NCBI GenBank assembly: GCA_964016885.1
Contig: OZ024741.1
Span: 225,928,001 to 225,992,000, forward strand
DNA from: Eledone cirrhosa
Taxonomy: Eukaryota
Direction: 5' to 3'
DNA: 64,000 bases
Positions 38,132-52,869 of the stretch are shown in pieces. How positions within the stretch are numbered: position 1 is the first letter of the stretch; each line of letters begins with the position of its first letter. Below the pieces are notes generated by a model. The model had not been told where the DNA came from and searched no databases. It saw only the letters and a program-made list of their open reading frames with translations. The position numbers and the translations under genes are program-made.

Positions 38132-38473
38132 GTTGAAATACCACGTTGGTTTGACAAATTTAACCGGAAGCAGACGGAAATTTATAGCTTTAGGTGTTTG
38201 TCACATTTAATCTAATTCTCTCGCTGATTATCTCTTACAAACACAATTCTCAGGTGTAATAGTTATTGAGACGGTGAGTATATTTTCTGTATTTTCATCT
38301 GCTTCAGGTTAAATTTGTCAAACCAAGGTGGTATTTCAACCCTCGTAATTTTAGACACACGATTTACTGTGTTTATAACTATATATATTATTATATAATA
38401 TTTATACAGTATTTATACTTTGAGCTTGTTAATTACAGGGTATCAATATGAGTTATTAACTCTACCTTTTATT

Positions 38474-38515
<42 letters not shown>

Positions 38516-38718
38516 TAATTTAATATATCAACTAACATAAGCGCACAGATGCACGCCCATGCCAGCAAATACACAGGTTATGTCATAGTACCTAGGTGGT
38601 TGGATTACGTAACTGTCTTTATCCCATTGCAGAAACTAATTAGTTGGAGTGAAAATTTAAGTAAGAAAAAAATTTTTTTTTAAATTTTTTTTAAAAGAAT
38701 ATTTTCTTATTTTACGTC

Positions 38719-38803
<85 letters not shown>

Positions 38804-39130
38804 CAAAGCTAACATCTCGGGGGAGCATTTTCCCGGTCAAAACCATTTTATATCATTTACTGTTAATTAATATACATGATGCGACGAATGAATACCTCAT
38901 CGAAACGTCAGCTAAAATTATTTGTTTTGTATGTTTAGTCAGAAGAAAGCAATATTCTAGAAACGATATCCCCAATGTCTATTAGGTAATTTTAAAGAAA
39001 TATATTCGTAACAATGGATTTTATTTATACATTAATCTCTATATTGCTTCGGAAATCTCAACGTGATTTTGTTATGTTTATCCATTTATTGTTGATCTCT
39101 CTATTTTAAGATCATTATATTGTGATAAAT

Positions 39131-39316
39131 GCGGTGTATTGGCAGTATCGGTAGAGGGTCAGACGCTGTGCTTTGCAGCAAAGAGTTACGGCCCTTTATG
39201 GTCTGAGTTCAAATCCCGCCGAGGTTAACTTTGCCTTTCATCCCTACGGGGTCGATAAAATAAAGTACCAGTAATACACTGGGATAATTTCTGGCCTTGT
39301 GCCAAAAGTAGAAACA
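39131..39316 (+). mobile_element. tRNA-derived SINE with 17-bp TSD
   Basis: TSD attatattgtgataaat at 39114-39130 and 39317-39333. Confidence 0.93.
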
Positions 39317-39602
39317 ATTATATTGTGATAAATCTTGTTTTTCTAGGAACTATATCCTTGCCCATTGAGTGGGAAATATTTAACTGGAGATAGATTCCTT
39401 TGCTTTTCTTGTGTTTTTTTCTATCTCTTAGTATTGGGATTAGTGTTGCTTCATTTTATCTTTATTTCAATAGAAAACATCAGATCCCAGGGTGTACCCA
39501 ATATATCACTTACAAGGAGTACCTTCAATCCTATTGAAACAGGCACACAGTACATATGTTAATAGGGTGTATATGAAGGCATATTATCATAGTATATTAC
39601 CA

Positions 39603-39820
39603 GGGTGGTAGATTGTCAGTATCGGTAGAAGGCGGTGGATTGGCAGTATCGGTAGAAGGTCAGGCACCATGCTTTCCAGCATAGAGTTACGTCCTTTAAC
39701 CGTTTGAGTTCAAATCCCGCCGAGGTTAACTTTGCCTTTCATCCTTACGGGGTCGATAAAATAAAGTACCAGTAATGCACTGGGGAAATTGCTGGCCTTG
39801 TGCCAAAAGTAGAAACAATT
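39603..39820 (+). mobile_element. tRNA-derived SINE with duplicated 5' head
   Basis: gg.ggt.gattg.cagtatcggtagaa occurs twice; short TSD attacca. Confidence 0.9.
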
Positions 39821-41272
39821 ACCATATCGGGTATCCCTTCATATACACTTCTATTACGAATCACGTTGTTTGTGCTAATGCTGATGTTTATTATACCTAA
39901 ACATATTATATACACCATCATTTACACCGGGTTTATAAATCACGGTAAGTTAGTGCTACTGCCACTTATTGCCGGTCGAGTCAATCACGCATTATTTGCA
40001 AATGAACATTTTCAGCAGATGTTCTATTGAGAAAATATTATGTCAGCTATAGCTTGTTCCAATCTCAGTTTCGAGTGAACAAACGTCACTGACGAATGAT
40101 TAAAAAAATACACATTGAAACACTGTTTGTCGTTCACACACAGCCACTGAGATACTGTGACATGATCATGGATTAAAACTGTCACAGAGAGATTTATATG
40201 TTTACTAGGATTTCTGTCAACACGCTGACGCGTATGTGTATATGTATGTGCGTGTGTGTATGTGCATATACATACATTTATATGTATGAGTATATAAATA
40301 TAAACGTGCAAACACAGGCACACTTACAAAAATACACACTCAAACATACATTCACACAAACACATACATAACATAACAAATGGAACGTCAACCGCTATTT
40401 TGCTATAGTTTTTTTCTCTACCCACTTTCTTCCCTTTACACACACATACATTCACACTACAGGACGTAAAGGGAGAGTAGTATGAGGTAGTCAAACTACT
40501 CTCTCTCTCTTTACGTGTCGTGACAGATTCGCAGAAATTTATATATAGATTGTACATAAACATCCCTTATATACACTTCTCTTATGAATAAGCTATGTTA
40601 GTGCTAGTGTCAATTAAGTACATGTGATGTATAAGTAGATGACCTGGGACTTTTGATGTCAAAAACTTCCGTTTGTTTGAGAAGCAAGGAACATTTGTTT
40701 TATATATGGACATTAATTTTATTTTAGATTTCTGTTGCAAATTCACGAGTGAATTCCAACTAACTCGAGAGTGTATATTTACACAGTTTACGTAGTCACT
40801 GACTAACCATGGAAATCTCTTCACATTCTCAGTATATTTCTTCACTTACTTCCACCTATTAAGTCTATCTTTTGTGTTATGTCACAAAATAAAATATGCC
40901 TGCATTGTTACTTACTGTCGAGTTTGTTTAGTAGTGTCTTGTGTAAATTATTTATATGTATATGTAATAACCATCGGTAACAGCACGAACTAGTCGATGA
41001 AAAGTTGGAACAACAAGCCCTCACCCCTTCGTCAGTTCTTCTTCTCCGATATGCAGAGTCCTAGTCGTATGCTGCCTGTTGGTCCCAGCGGACGCAATAG
41101 AGAAAGCGGAAAGAATAGCTTATCGAATTTGCTTTATTACATTTCTGATAATTTCTCGCCGAAAGAACTCAATCTTGTACAGTGTTAAAAAAAAGCCTGC
41201 TTCCTATCTACTGTATTTTTTTTATTCAAACCTAACTCGAATCAAATTTGCCACCCATGCATCAGTGATTAA

Positions 41273-41593
41273 TCTCTCTCTATATAAAATTCTTTGTCTG
41301 TCTGTCTGTCTGTTTCCTATGCATTCTCAAACGGCTCGGCTAAATCAAATCAAATTTTACTAGGTAATAGTATTAGACCCCGGGAGTGTCAAGATGTAAT
41401 TTTTATTTTCATTTGGATTAAAAGAATATAACATTTAATCTCAAATAATCTTTCTATAGTCAACTATAGTAAAGGAATTTTATACCACCACCACCACGAC
41501 AACTAAGTCACATTTTGTATATGAGTGTGTATGTGTCTGTGAGTGTGTGTATGTGTTTTCGAGTTCGTTACGTGTGTTAGACCTCAGAGAATT

Positions 41594-41661
<68 letters not shown>

Positions 41662-42387
41662 CTACACATACATATAGCCTTAGTAAGTTGCATACGCATT
41701 ATGTTCACACACAGATAATTAAACGCACACACATCTACACATGTGTATACATATGTGTTGACTGACAAGTAATAGGTGGGTGTGAGTGTATGTCTTTGTG
41801 TGTCTGTCTGAGTATATATATGTGAGAGCATGTGAGAGTGTATGTGTGTGTGTGTGAATGTATGTGTGTGTGAGTGTATGTGTGATCATTTTTATTTTCA
41901 TTTGGATTAGAACAACACAGCGACTACTACGTCACACTTTGTATATGAATGTGTATGTCTGTGAGTGTTTGTGCGTTCGTTAGGTACGTTATTAAATACA
42001 CATACACATCTACACATACATATACATATGTGTTGACTGACAAAAATATGAGGTGAAAAGCTACGCGTGTGTCTGCGTGAATGTATGTCTGTGTGTGTGC
42101 CTGTCTTAGTATATGTATGTGAGTGTATGTGAGAGTGTATGTGCATGAGTGTGCAGCAACAATTTATTCATTTGGACACCAACAAAATATTACACAATGA
42201 ATAAGGTGCTTCAAGATTGACAGATTTTTATTTCTAAATTCTATTATCATTACAATTTTGATATTTGTTTATAAAATATAGATATTTTGAAATAATTATG
42301 AGAAAAAAAAACATATCTACATATTTATTGTTTATTAATTTGAATAAGAACAGCAGTAACCTGGGCAACACCGGGTAATCCAGCTAG
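41273..42387 (+). mobile_element. Non-autonomous Helitron with an internal duplication
   Basis: a|TC start, (TGTC)n, 3' cctgggcaacaccggg hairpin + CTAG|t; ttttattttcatttggatta block at ~41402 and ~41890. Confidence 0.8.
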
Positions 42388-43729
42388 TAATAAAATAAAT
42401 ACATTTTGTTGTTGTTTTTGATTAGATACAGATTAACTCCCATTGAGCTAAAACATCTATGATCAAAGGCATTTCAGCAGTGGCCATCTTGTCTTTCTAT
42501 AGATCTACCATTACACTATGACTGTGTAATGCATTCATAATTTTTAAGGTGGTGAGGAGTAATTTGACGGAATTTAGCTCATATTTCTAGCAGATCAAAT
42601 GACCTCGTAGATGTTTCCTTATTGGTTTGAATAATTCAAGTACTATACTGATGTCGACACGACAGTTGCCATACAACCTCCTTGCAGAATTTGGGTTTTT
42701 ATATAGTTAAAGCGAAATCAATGCTACAATCTTTATGGTGAGCTGTAACCTAATTGTCCTTTAAATACATTTATTAATATTTCATGATATTTATAATAAA
42801 CAGTGGCATATTTGAATAATAAAAATGTGTTAATATTTTCTGATACCATCACTGTTGTTACAATAACGTCTTCTAGCACTTGAGGCGAATTGAAATATCT
42901 TCAACATCGAAAATTGCAAATAAAAAAAAAATGTTGAACAACAAAAATCTTCTTTCCCTGACAAACAAGAACAAACTTGAAATCGCACGAATAAGAAAGC
43001 AAAAGAAAAAAAAAAGCATCTCTCAGGGTAACTAATCCAAAACTGAATAGTTCTGAAGCCAACATATTGTAGTTTGGTTACAGTCATTCGAACAGTTTCT
43101 TAGCAACAATTCTACATGTTGATGAGAAGTGGATTCATCTGTCATAGACACGAGATATTACGGTAAATGACCGAATAGTAATTACTTTTAACAAAACTCA
43201 TAGTACCATTGTTTCTTTTTTATTTTACTTCTATTAGACAAATGAGAAGTATGTGACAGCTCGAATTGATAAACTGAGAAGATAAACAGGAAATATTTAC
43301 AGTAAATACGTTTAATAAACGAGTTAGCTACTGTGTTTCACAGCGGATCAGTTAAAGTTGTTAAATTTGCTTAATAGTCGTAAAATTTAAGTGTTTATAT
43401 GTAAATATTTAAATCAAAGATAGCTTAATCCGGAGCATATTAGACTGCCGAATGGAAGACAAATACTGCATAATATGTAACAACATTATCTTAACAAAGT
43501 CAGTTAGCTATGAATGATCCAGGCCATTTAGCTGTAATGAGGTATCATGAATGGAGTAGCGCCGTAGTCAGAAGAATCCCTATGCAATTGACAAGTGTTT
43601 TCTCATATTGAGGTACACGTTATGGACATAGAATGAGGGGTGTAAGATAATAGATTATGTACGTCACTACCGGCCACTTGATTCTTAATATAATGACACA
43701 CTACAAACGATATATATAAGATCAGAAGT

Positions 43730-43836
<107 letters not shown>

Positions 43837-44033
43837 AAGAGAGAGAGAAAGATATATATATATATATATATATATATATCTTTTACCCTTTTTTTTTTTT
43901 TTACCTGTTTCAGCCATCCGGCTGAGGCCATATATATATGCAGTAATTCCGTCGGAAAGGTACAGGAAAAAGATTGCTCTATGTAGGCCACAGAGCTTAT
44001 TAGTTATGTAATAAACAACATAAGATAATTGTT

Positions 44034-44090
44034 TTTTTTACCAGTGGTTTCTTGAAAGCAGATGTATTTGTTTTCAGTCGTCAGAATGAA
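44034..44090 (-). ncRNA. Hammerhead in the inverted pLTR of PLE3
   Basis: ttcatt-CTGACGA-stem II-GAAA-cc.act.gg-TA; 3' strand of stem I eroded. Confidence 0.65.
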
Positions 44091-46006
44091 TAAAAAACAT
44101 GCTGGTTTTATTAAATATGGATTTGAAAACAAATTTTAGTAATATGAAAGCGAGGCTGAGAAAAAAACGGGCGAACAAGAAGAGGGGAAAAAGAATATAA
44201 AAATATCTATATATAAACAATAAATATCCAGAACGTAAACATACACACACTCAACCACGCGCATATGCTTAAAAAGTTCGTAGACCTATACTTCTTCACA
44301 TAAGCGTATATGCGTCTACAGACAGGGACATAAATACATGAAGTAATATAATAGGAAAACACTACTCTTTGCTAATGAAAGTATTTGGGTTAAAACATCA
44401 AGCCCTGAAAACTCTTTTGATGTTGCGATTGGCTGATATAATAGTGCTGATGTGTGCGACTTAGTAGGATTATTCCTCCTCCACACCCTTAAAGACAAAT
44501 TTCCTTGCCATAATATCGGTTTATACCGAAACACCACCAACGGCCATAACCTTGATAAATTCCGTAAAGATTTAATCAATACCTTTGCTAACCTAAACCT
44601 TAAAATTACTATAGATACGAATCTAATTTTCTTGATATTAATCTTGATCTACTTACTGCTTCTTTTAAAACTTATCATAAACCTAACGAGAATTTAAGAT
44701 ATATACACAAAGAGTATTGCCATCCCCCTATAGTCTTTAAAAATCTTATTCCTAACATTAGCCGTAGGATTTCTACCTTATCTTCGTCTATAGACATGTT
44801 TAACAAAGCCGCCCTTTTATTATAATAAGGCCCCCAATATCAGCGGCTTCACCGAACATATTAAATATTTACCTACTCCTCTCTCTAACACTAAACACAA
44901 TAACAGGAAAAGAAAAATTATTTGGTTTACACCCCGTTCTCTCTAACTGTTAATGTAGCAAGAAAATTCCTCGACCTCCTAGACAAACATGTTCCCCCTA
45001 ATCATAGATATGATAAGATATTTAATAGAAATGTAGTCAAAATCAATGAAGACTAAAATTACCAACTCTAATCGTACGAGAGTAAATCCAGGATGCAGTT
45101 GCAGGAAGCCGGAAGAATGCCCGTTACAGGGTAAATGTAATACCAAATCCATTGTGTATGAGGCCAAATTGACACCAATGATTAAATAACCAGCCAGGCG
45201 TGAACGATATGTTGGCATGACTCAGGACAGATTCAAAACCAGGTACTATGCAGATGTGGCTTCTTTCAAATGACCCTGAAAAAAAAACAGTAACGGCGCT
45301 TGCAAATAAAGTGTGGGAGTTCAAAGACAAAACATTCTGTACTACTGATTGATCTATTTTAGACCAATCAAGAGAATACCAAAGGGGCACAAAGAAATGT
45401 TCTTTGTGCACCACGGAAAAATTTAGAATTCTCCAAAACTTGAAAGCCCCTTCCACTTGCCTCAACTCTAAGACCAAGAACTTCGGGTGTTGTCCGCATC
45501 TGAAATTGCATCTACTTTTTAACTGGATTAACATTCCTACGATTACTCAACCACCTTGAGCTTCTTCTTTACTCATCACGCCTTCCACTCACCCCGAATA
45601 TTATTACCTTATGAACTCATACTTCCGACCTATATATAATTTTTCCCCCTCATCTCCTTCTATATATCTCTTTATTTTTATGTTTTTATTTTTATTTTTA
45701 TCATTTTTTTCGGTTGACTTATAACCCCCCCTACTTTCTACCTTACCTTTTACACATACTCACCCACCACCTTTATCCTTTACTCAGTTCACTTTTTAAC
45801 CAGATACTCTTAACTAGATCTCATCACAAACCTTTTACAACACTTTTTTAATTTTACTCCCCTTTTGTCCTTATTTATCCACTAGGTTTTTTAATGTACT
45901 CACATAGGGTTGTGTGCGGGCGCATATGCAGACTGGCTTATGTGTACATACATTTATAGTATTTTGATTATTTAATTGTATGTGTGCATATATGTGTGTG
46001 TGTGTG

Positions 46007-46083
<77 letters not shown>

Positions 46084-47081
46084 GTATATATATATACACA
46101 TATATATATGTATGTGTTTGTGTATATATATATGTGTGTTTGTATATGTTTATATTATATTTATATATGGTTATATGTATTTGTTTACGTATATATGTGT
46201 GTGTATGCGTTTGTATATATGCCTTTGTATACATGTTTTTTGTGTGTATGGATTTACGTATGGGGTTTTTGTATGCGTGTGTTGATTTCTTATTACGTGC
46301 GTGTGCGCGCACGCATTTGTATACGTATGTACGTAGGTTATGAACCAATGCTCTTTATTGTAAGCTTTTATGTGTCTGTATGTGGATGTGTGTGTATATT
46401 TGGTTGTATGCATGTTTATATTTACTTGTATGTGGATGTGTATGTATATATGTATTTTTGCACGCATGCATATGTGTATGTGTACGTATGTTTATTTTAT
46501 AGTTTTGTGTATATATATATATATACACATACATATGTGTGTGTTTTGATACGTGTGTATGAGTATTTATGCATGTTTATGTGTGTGTGCGTGTGTATGT
46601 ATGTGTATATATATATATATTTATATATATACATTTATTTATATGCACATCTCGTGTATTTGTTTATTTTTAAGTTGTTTTTATTTCACCCCCCCCCCCC
46701 CATCCCCCCACACACGCTCATATTTATCGTTGTCATCAACACGTCACCTTTTGTCTTTATTTTGTTTTGGACTTTGTATTTTTTGTTCTTATTCATTTAT
46801 TTATTTATTCTTATTACTTCATGTATATGTATATGTATGTATGTCCCTGTCTGTAGACGCATATACGCTTATGTGAAGAAGTGTAGGTCTGCGTACTTTT
46901 TAAGTATATGCGCGTGGTTGAGTGTGTGTATGTTTCGTTCTGGATATTTATTGTTTATATATAAATATTTTTATATTCTTTTTTCCCTCTTCTTTTTCGC
47001 CCGTTTTTTTTCTCAGCCTCACTTTCATATTTCTAAAATTTGTTTTCAAATCCATATTTAATAAAATCACCATGTTTTTTA

Positions 47082-47139
47082 TTCATTCTGACGACTGAAA
47101 ACAGATACATCTGCTTTCAAGAAACCACTGGCAAATGAA
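47082..47139 (+). ncRNA. Hammerhead in the 3' pLTR of PLE3 (triplet mutated to GCA)
   Basis: ttcatt-CTGACGA-c.tgaaaacaga.taca.tctgctttca.a-GAAA-cc.act.gg-CA-aatgaa. Confidence 0.7.
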
Positions 47140-47177
47140 ATAATTTTCTTATGTTGTTTATTACATAAATAAAAAAG

Positions 47178-47220
<43 letters not shown>

Positions 47221-47239
47221 GAGAGATGGATAGAGGGAT

Positions 47240-47303
<64 letters not shown>

Positions 47304-47598
47304 GGGGCGGAGGGTATGTGAGAGATAGGTGTTTGAAAGTTGTCATAATATAGGAACATATTGAGCAATGAATTTGTTAGTTTCGTTTCCTGTAACGTCA
47401 CATAGAAAAAGTAACCAACTGAAATTTTAAACACCATTATTACCAATGGCGTGAAAGATAAATTTTCTTGATGGTATCCAGCAAGCGTCTTCTACATAGA
47501 GGACGTGTCAATGTTCTTTATCTTCTTTGAACCATAATTCATGGTATGGCAAAGTTGATCATTGTTAATATTAGGAGAAATCACGGCTAATTGTAATA

Positions 47599-47927
47599 TC
47601 TATACATAATATAAAAAAGAGATGTTTGTTTGTTGGCTGGTTGGTTAGTTGATTCCTTCGCGCTCCCACACACAATTGATACAAACATACAAAGACACAT
47701 CTGTGACGAATCTTAGAACGCTGGGCTTCTAGTTTCTCATCCCACCTCAGTCATCACAAATATATGTGTGTATGCAATAATTATTTTTCCCTCTGTCAAT
47801 GTTATCACTCCTTTCTTCATCAGTCGACGTTATCACCCTTCCTTCCTCGGTCGACGTAATCATCCCTACCTTCCTCAGCCATCTCTAGTGAGTGACGGAC
47901 AAATCCACAAGGCTTTTATATTAGTAG
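47599..47927 (+). mobile_element. Possible Helitron/Helentron-type non-autonomous element
   Basis: a|TCtatacataatataaaa start, (GTTT/GGTT)n, end ttttatattagtag inversely similar to the start. Confidence 0.4.
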
Positions 47928-48905
47928 AATATAAAACAGGCGAAGAGATGTTAAGCTATACGTCGCTAAGGAAAACTAATAATAATCTATGTCCGCACTT
48001 GTCATTGAATTTAGCAGTGATCAGATTCATTCCTCAATGAATGTATCTTTTTCATTGTTAACCATGCAAATTGCTCTTGTACTCTTCCTTGCTATTCTTA
48101 AATGCCCAATGTCTTTTATTTTACATTAGCGGTGTGTAATTTCCATAAATCAACAAATTCTGTTCGCTCACTACATTAAATATCATATCCTCTTCATAAC
48201 TATGTGTTCTTAAATCATAATGGCAACCCTGATATATCTTTCTATGTCAGAAAACACTCAACTTATTTGCCGTATTGTGTGATCCAACCCGATATCACGC
48301 CACTTCGCAATTAACTTCATAAAAGCACAGCTGTGTCAAAGTCTATTGCTTGGCAAAAGTCTCATTACGAACAACTATGACAGCAACACTAAAATACGTT
48401 GACTCCTCCCAAATATAAATCTATTTACGAAATGCCGCTTGCATTGTTGGTAAAAGCCAGCTGATCACAGATCACTAACGTCTTTCTACAGAAACTACAT
48501 CATCAATAAGAATAGACAGGCATTTAATTAAATGTGTTCGTTATTGCTTACGAGCATTAGTTTGCTTATATTGATAGCTTCTGTCGTTTTAAAAACTATC
48601 TGCCTTTCTCAATATAAATGAAACCAGCGTTTCTTGGCGAATTCCTGGCGTTAAAGAGACATAATACGTACATGCATGCATACATATATATTTACATACA
48701 TACTTGCATTCATACATACATAAATAAATGCGTACATAAGTACTCGCACACATCTATACACGCAGCCCTATTATACACTATCCCCCTTTGCTTTTTCCCA
48801 GAATGCAATTCTGCCTCCTGAAGCGTCAACTTCCTATCTATATATCTACCCCTCTCTCTCTCTCTCGTTCTGTATATATATAGCAAGAGAAAGAGAGAGA
48901 GAGAT

Positions 48906-48955
<50 letters not shown>

Positions 48956-50043
48956 TGAAAGCGAGAGAGAGTCTGGTAGACAAATAGACACACACACATA
49001 CACATATATATATATAGATATATATGTATATATGCTTTTAGCTAATTGAAATTATTGTAATAGCCAGCATATACAGAAGTCTCTCCCCACTCTCTATCTA
49101 TTTTTATCACTCTCCCTGCCACTCTTCATATATATATATATATATATATATATAGACGTATGTGTGTGCACCACGCATGTTTGTGTGTAAATATTTATGT
49201 ACATACACACCCAGCCATACCGCCCCCCCCCCCCCCCCATTTAAATATGTATATGTAGAGTGGGAAAAAGAGGGAGAGGAAGAGAAAGAGGGAGAGGGAC
49301 ATGGACAGCGAGAGAAAGATTACATATTAAAATGATTGACAGATATGAATGGAGAGACCAACAACATTATTCCATAACATGAACAAATCTTGTTTTAGGT
49401 TGGGTGGATAGTCACTATATATTACTATGTTACAAGTATACAGAATATTAACTGAAAGAAAAGACCTATCGTAAATAGATAAATTTAACAATTTCCATTA
49501 TATAACGTATTACATTATCGGCTGCCACGATATGACTTTGTTTGTATTTTTGTTATTTGAAAGCTACTTTAACATAATCGAATTCCCATATATTTACTGC
49601 ATACTCAACGATTAATCAATGCCTGTTTTCACCCGGTTTGGTAGGCTTTTGTTCGTTCACACTATTGACAATAAAGCATACCTATTGTAGCTTCCATACT
49701 TAGTAGTTTTTGTTGTTGTATAGCTTTAATAGTTTTAATCCTGCCTAGGCAATTTTATTCAAATTGAATAGCTTCCTGATTTGCCACTTTTCTCTTCTTT
49801 CGATTACGAAACTTTTAATTATCTGGGGATATCGGAGATAGAGAGGATGACATACGCAGTTATTTTTTAATAGCCTAATAAGGGATAGAAACAGTTGAAT
49901 CAGGCCATTGGCCATGTTAAAGGTGAACTGTAAGTTTGTATAAAACGTAATAAATTAATGTCGTATTAACATTACTTCGACTATTTGTTTAATGTTTCTC
50001 TTCCTCTCACGCTTACACACATATACACATACACACAACACAC

Positions 50044-50146
<103 letters not shown>

Positions 50147-50174
50147 ATATATATATTTATTATGTTAGGGAATG

Positions 50175-50305
50175 AACAACATAAGATAATTATTTCATTC
50201 ACCAGTGGTTTCTTGAAGGCAGATATTTCTGTTTTCAGTCATCAGAATGAATAAAACATGGTGTTTTTTTTATTTTTTATTAAATATGGATTTGAAAACA
50301 AAATA
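50175..50305 (-). mobile_element. Solo pLTR fragment of the PLE3 family, hammerhead at 50194-50251
   Basis: Aligns to 44013-44135; CTGATGA...GAAA-ccactgg-TG. Confidence 0.85.
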
Positions 50306-50435
50306 TGTAAAATTCCTACTTCATAAATATATGTTTTTATATTATACTGAAAAACTCCCTTCAGTATTTTCTACTGTATTTTTTTCCTTTTTACTATTTG
50401 TTTATATATATCAACTCGTGTGTCACTTTTTACAT

Positions 50436-50475
<40 letters not shown>

Positions 50476-50521
50476 CATACAATATTATACACATATATAT
50501 ATATATATAATATGTATACAT

Positions 50522-50580
50522 GTTATTTGAGGAGACACTTCATGAAATCTCCAAAGTACAACAGTGGTCAAGTCAACGCG

Positions 50581-50663
<83 letters not shown>

Positions 50664-50712
50664 GTGTGTGTGTTGTACTTTGGAGATTACATGAAGTGTC
50701 TCCTCAAATAAC
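50522..50712. repeat. 42-bp inverted repeat around (CA)n(TA)n(TG)n
   Basis: gttatttgaggagacacttcatgaaatctccaaagtacaaca versus its reverse complement, one mismatch. Confidence 0.9.
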
Positions 50713-51636
50713 TTGTATAAATATTGTTTTTAACGGTAATAATTACTCTTGACTTTTAATGTATAGAAGGATGTATGTTGAATAATTCTGGTAAGTCTGG
50801 TAAGTCTGTGTATGCATAACCGGGAGAGTGCTCGTTTTTCATTTCTTCTTATCATTCGCTAGATGAAATTTACTCTGGTGGGAAACAACCTTTGAAGTGA
50901 TTATAGTAAATACTAAAAACTTCTCCTTAGGTTATGCCTGAACAGCTTATACCAAGCCTAGTTAGGGTTTTGTGGAAGACTAACCCTCAGTCATGTATAC
51001 AGGGTTTTTCCCATCCACGCTATAGATGCTGTCCACGAGAAACATCAATAAAGCTTGATACTAGTGTAATTGCAACAAATATTTTACAGCTAAAGGGACT
51101 AGAACCACGCGAAGTAAAATTCTTGTCCAAAGAACAACGCACCGCCCAATCCGGGAAACGAATGCAAGATCATATATCGATGACCTATTCCCTAATTCAC
51201 GCATGTTCACTCATACATACGTTATTTACCTGAAATTCAATTTCTACAGATTATTGGAAAATAATGTGATATTTCACAGCAGTTAACATTGCACAGTTGA
51301 TATTGCTTTGTCTGTTTATGTAAAAGGTAATTAATCTTATCCGCCAATATGAAAGTGTTCCTACTGTTTGTCTCCAAACATATGTATACCCAACAGAACT
51401 GTCAGTTTTCCTTTTACTCAAAATCCGAAATTAAACATGTGGTTGAGGACACGGCTCTTGAAACTACTTTCACACAAATTCATATAGATTCTTCCAAACT
51501 TTGATATCATTTACTTGGGTTGAATTAGGTCTCTAAGTAATTGCTTTACTGAAGTTTTGCTGTTAAGTGAACTGTTTTCTTTAGTCTTAAAATTGCATTC
51601 GGCTTACTGTGTGTTATTCTGAATGGCATTATGATA

Positions 51637-51826
51637 GGCGGTGGGTTGGCAGTATCGGTAGAGGGTCTGACGCCATGCTTTGACGTATAGAGTTACGGCC
51701 CTTGCCATTCTAAGTTCAAATCCCACCGAGGTTAACTTTGCCTTTCATCCTTACGGAGTCGATAAAATAAAGTACCAGTAATGCACTGACTGGATAATTG
51801 CTGGCCTTGTGCCAAACGTAGAAACA
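51637..51826 (+). mobile_element. tRNA-derived SINE
   Basis: Full length, TSD attatgata. Confidence 0.9.
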
Positions 51827-52476
51827 ATTATGATATCGAAGTACTTTGTACACCTGTAACTGAAACTGAAGTTAGCGTATTTGAATAACTTGTTGCTGAT
51901 TGGGAATTGCTTTCCGATTAATGGCAATTGCCTACTAGCCACATTAATTATTCCAGTTTGGCTCTAAGACAGGTTGCTGCACCTCAGCTCGTATGTGTAT
52001 AATAATTTAACCTACGTTTAAATTTTGCAATAGATAATTTAGCTTTAAGCGCAGGGATATCGCAAAAACGGTAGAGATATATACTTAAGGACTGAGTTTA
52101 AATTTCTCTCAGATAATCAGAAAGGAATTGAGAATGAATAATGGTAGTCAACGTTCTGGGACGAGTGGGGTAAAACATAAAAGAAAAGGCTAGCGCACAC
52201 CGAACGCAAGTAGGAGACTCTTGAGGCTGCCTGAATGGCATTTCGAATAGACATATATGAATATATGCGGAATAACTTGAAGGAAGAAAAACTGAACAAT
52301 ATGTTGACTGAAACGTGGAGATGGTCTTCAAATTTATGATACAAACTGGTAGTGAAGATAACACTAAGAGTTGTAAACACAACTAGAACGCAACTGGCAA
52401 GACATAAGAGAGAATTTGTGTCCAGTCGAATTTCGAAAATGCCAAGAGGCACTTTCAATTCTTCCTCCTCTACTTT

Positions 52477-52803
52477 GTGTGAAGGCTTAGTGGTTAGAGA
52501 GTTGGGCTTGTAATCGTGAGGTTGTGAGTTCGATTCCCAGACCGGATGATGCGTTGCGTCCTTCAGCAAGACACTTTATTTCACTTAGCTGTAGAAATGA
52601 GTTGCGACGTCACTGGTGCCAAGCTGAATCGGCCTTAGCCTTTCCCTTGGACAACATCGGTGGCGTAGAGAGGGTAGACTGGTATGCATGAGCGACTGCT
52701 GGTCTTCCACAAAACAACCTTGCCCGGCCTTGCGCCTCGGAGGAGAGCCTTCTAGGTGCAAATCTCATAGTTATTCGTGACCGAACGGCGTCTTACCCTT
52801 TTT
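52477..52803 (+). mobile_element. Second tRNA-derived SINE family
   Basis: ggcttagtggttag A-box, gagttcgattccc B-box, gtccttcagcaagacact body. Confidence 0.65.
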
Positions 52804-52869
52804 TACTTTCAAGATTTCTGGCCGTGTTCTTAGTTTAGAAACAAATGTTATTATTGTTGGGGATGTTAG

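Larger units (their letters stand above)
37640..38393. mobile_element. Fold-back element whose left arm is split by a SINE fragment plus a gene fragment
   Basis: 37640-37685 and 38129-38180 are reverse complements of the contiguous 38293-38393. Confidence 0.8.
44003..47168 (+). mobile_element. Penelope-like element 3 with ~330-bp inverted pLTRs
   Basis: FDVAIG*YNSADVCDLVGLFLL RT; RKRKIIWF, CSCRKPEECPLQGKC, IVYEA..YVGMT, CSLC GIY-YIG; 44003-44332 is the reverse complement of ~46840-47168. Confidence 0.9.

Noticed and set aside
38875-38920. gcgacga-atga..tcat-cgaaac hammerhead-like motif
   Set aside because: Core mutated; stems I and III not supportable
40082-40134. CTGACGA...GAAA motif
   Set aside because: Stem II only 3 bp and stem I mismatched; could be chance
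45976-47061. 361-aa ORF
   Set aside because: Low-complexity PLE 3' UTR; no domain
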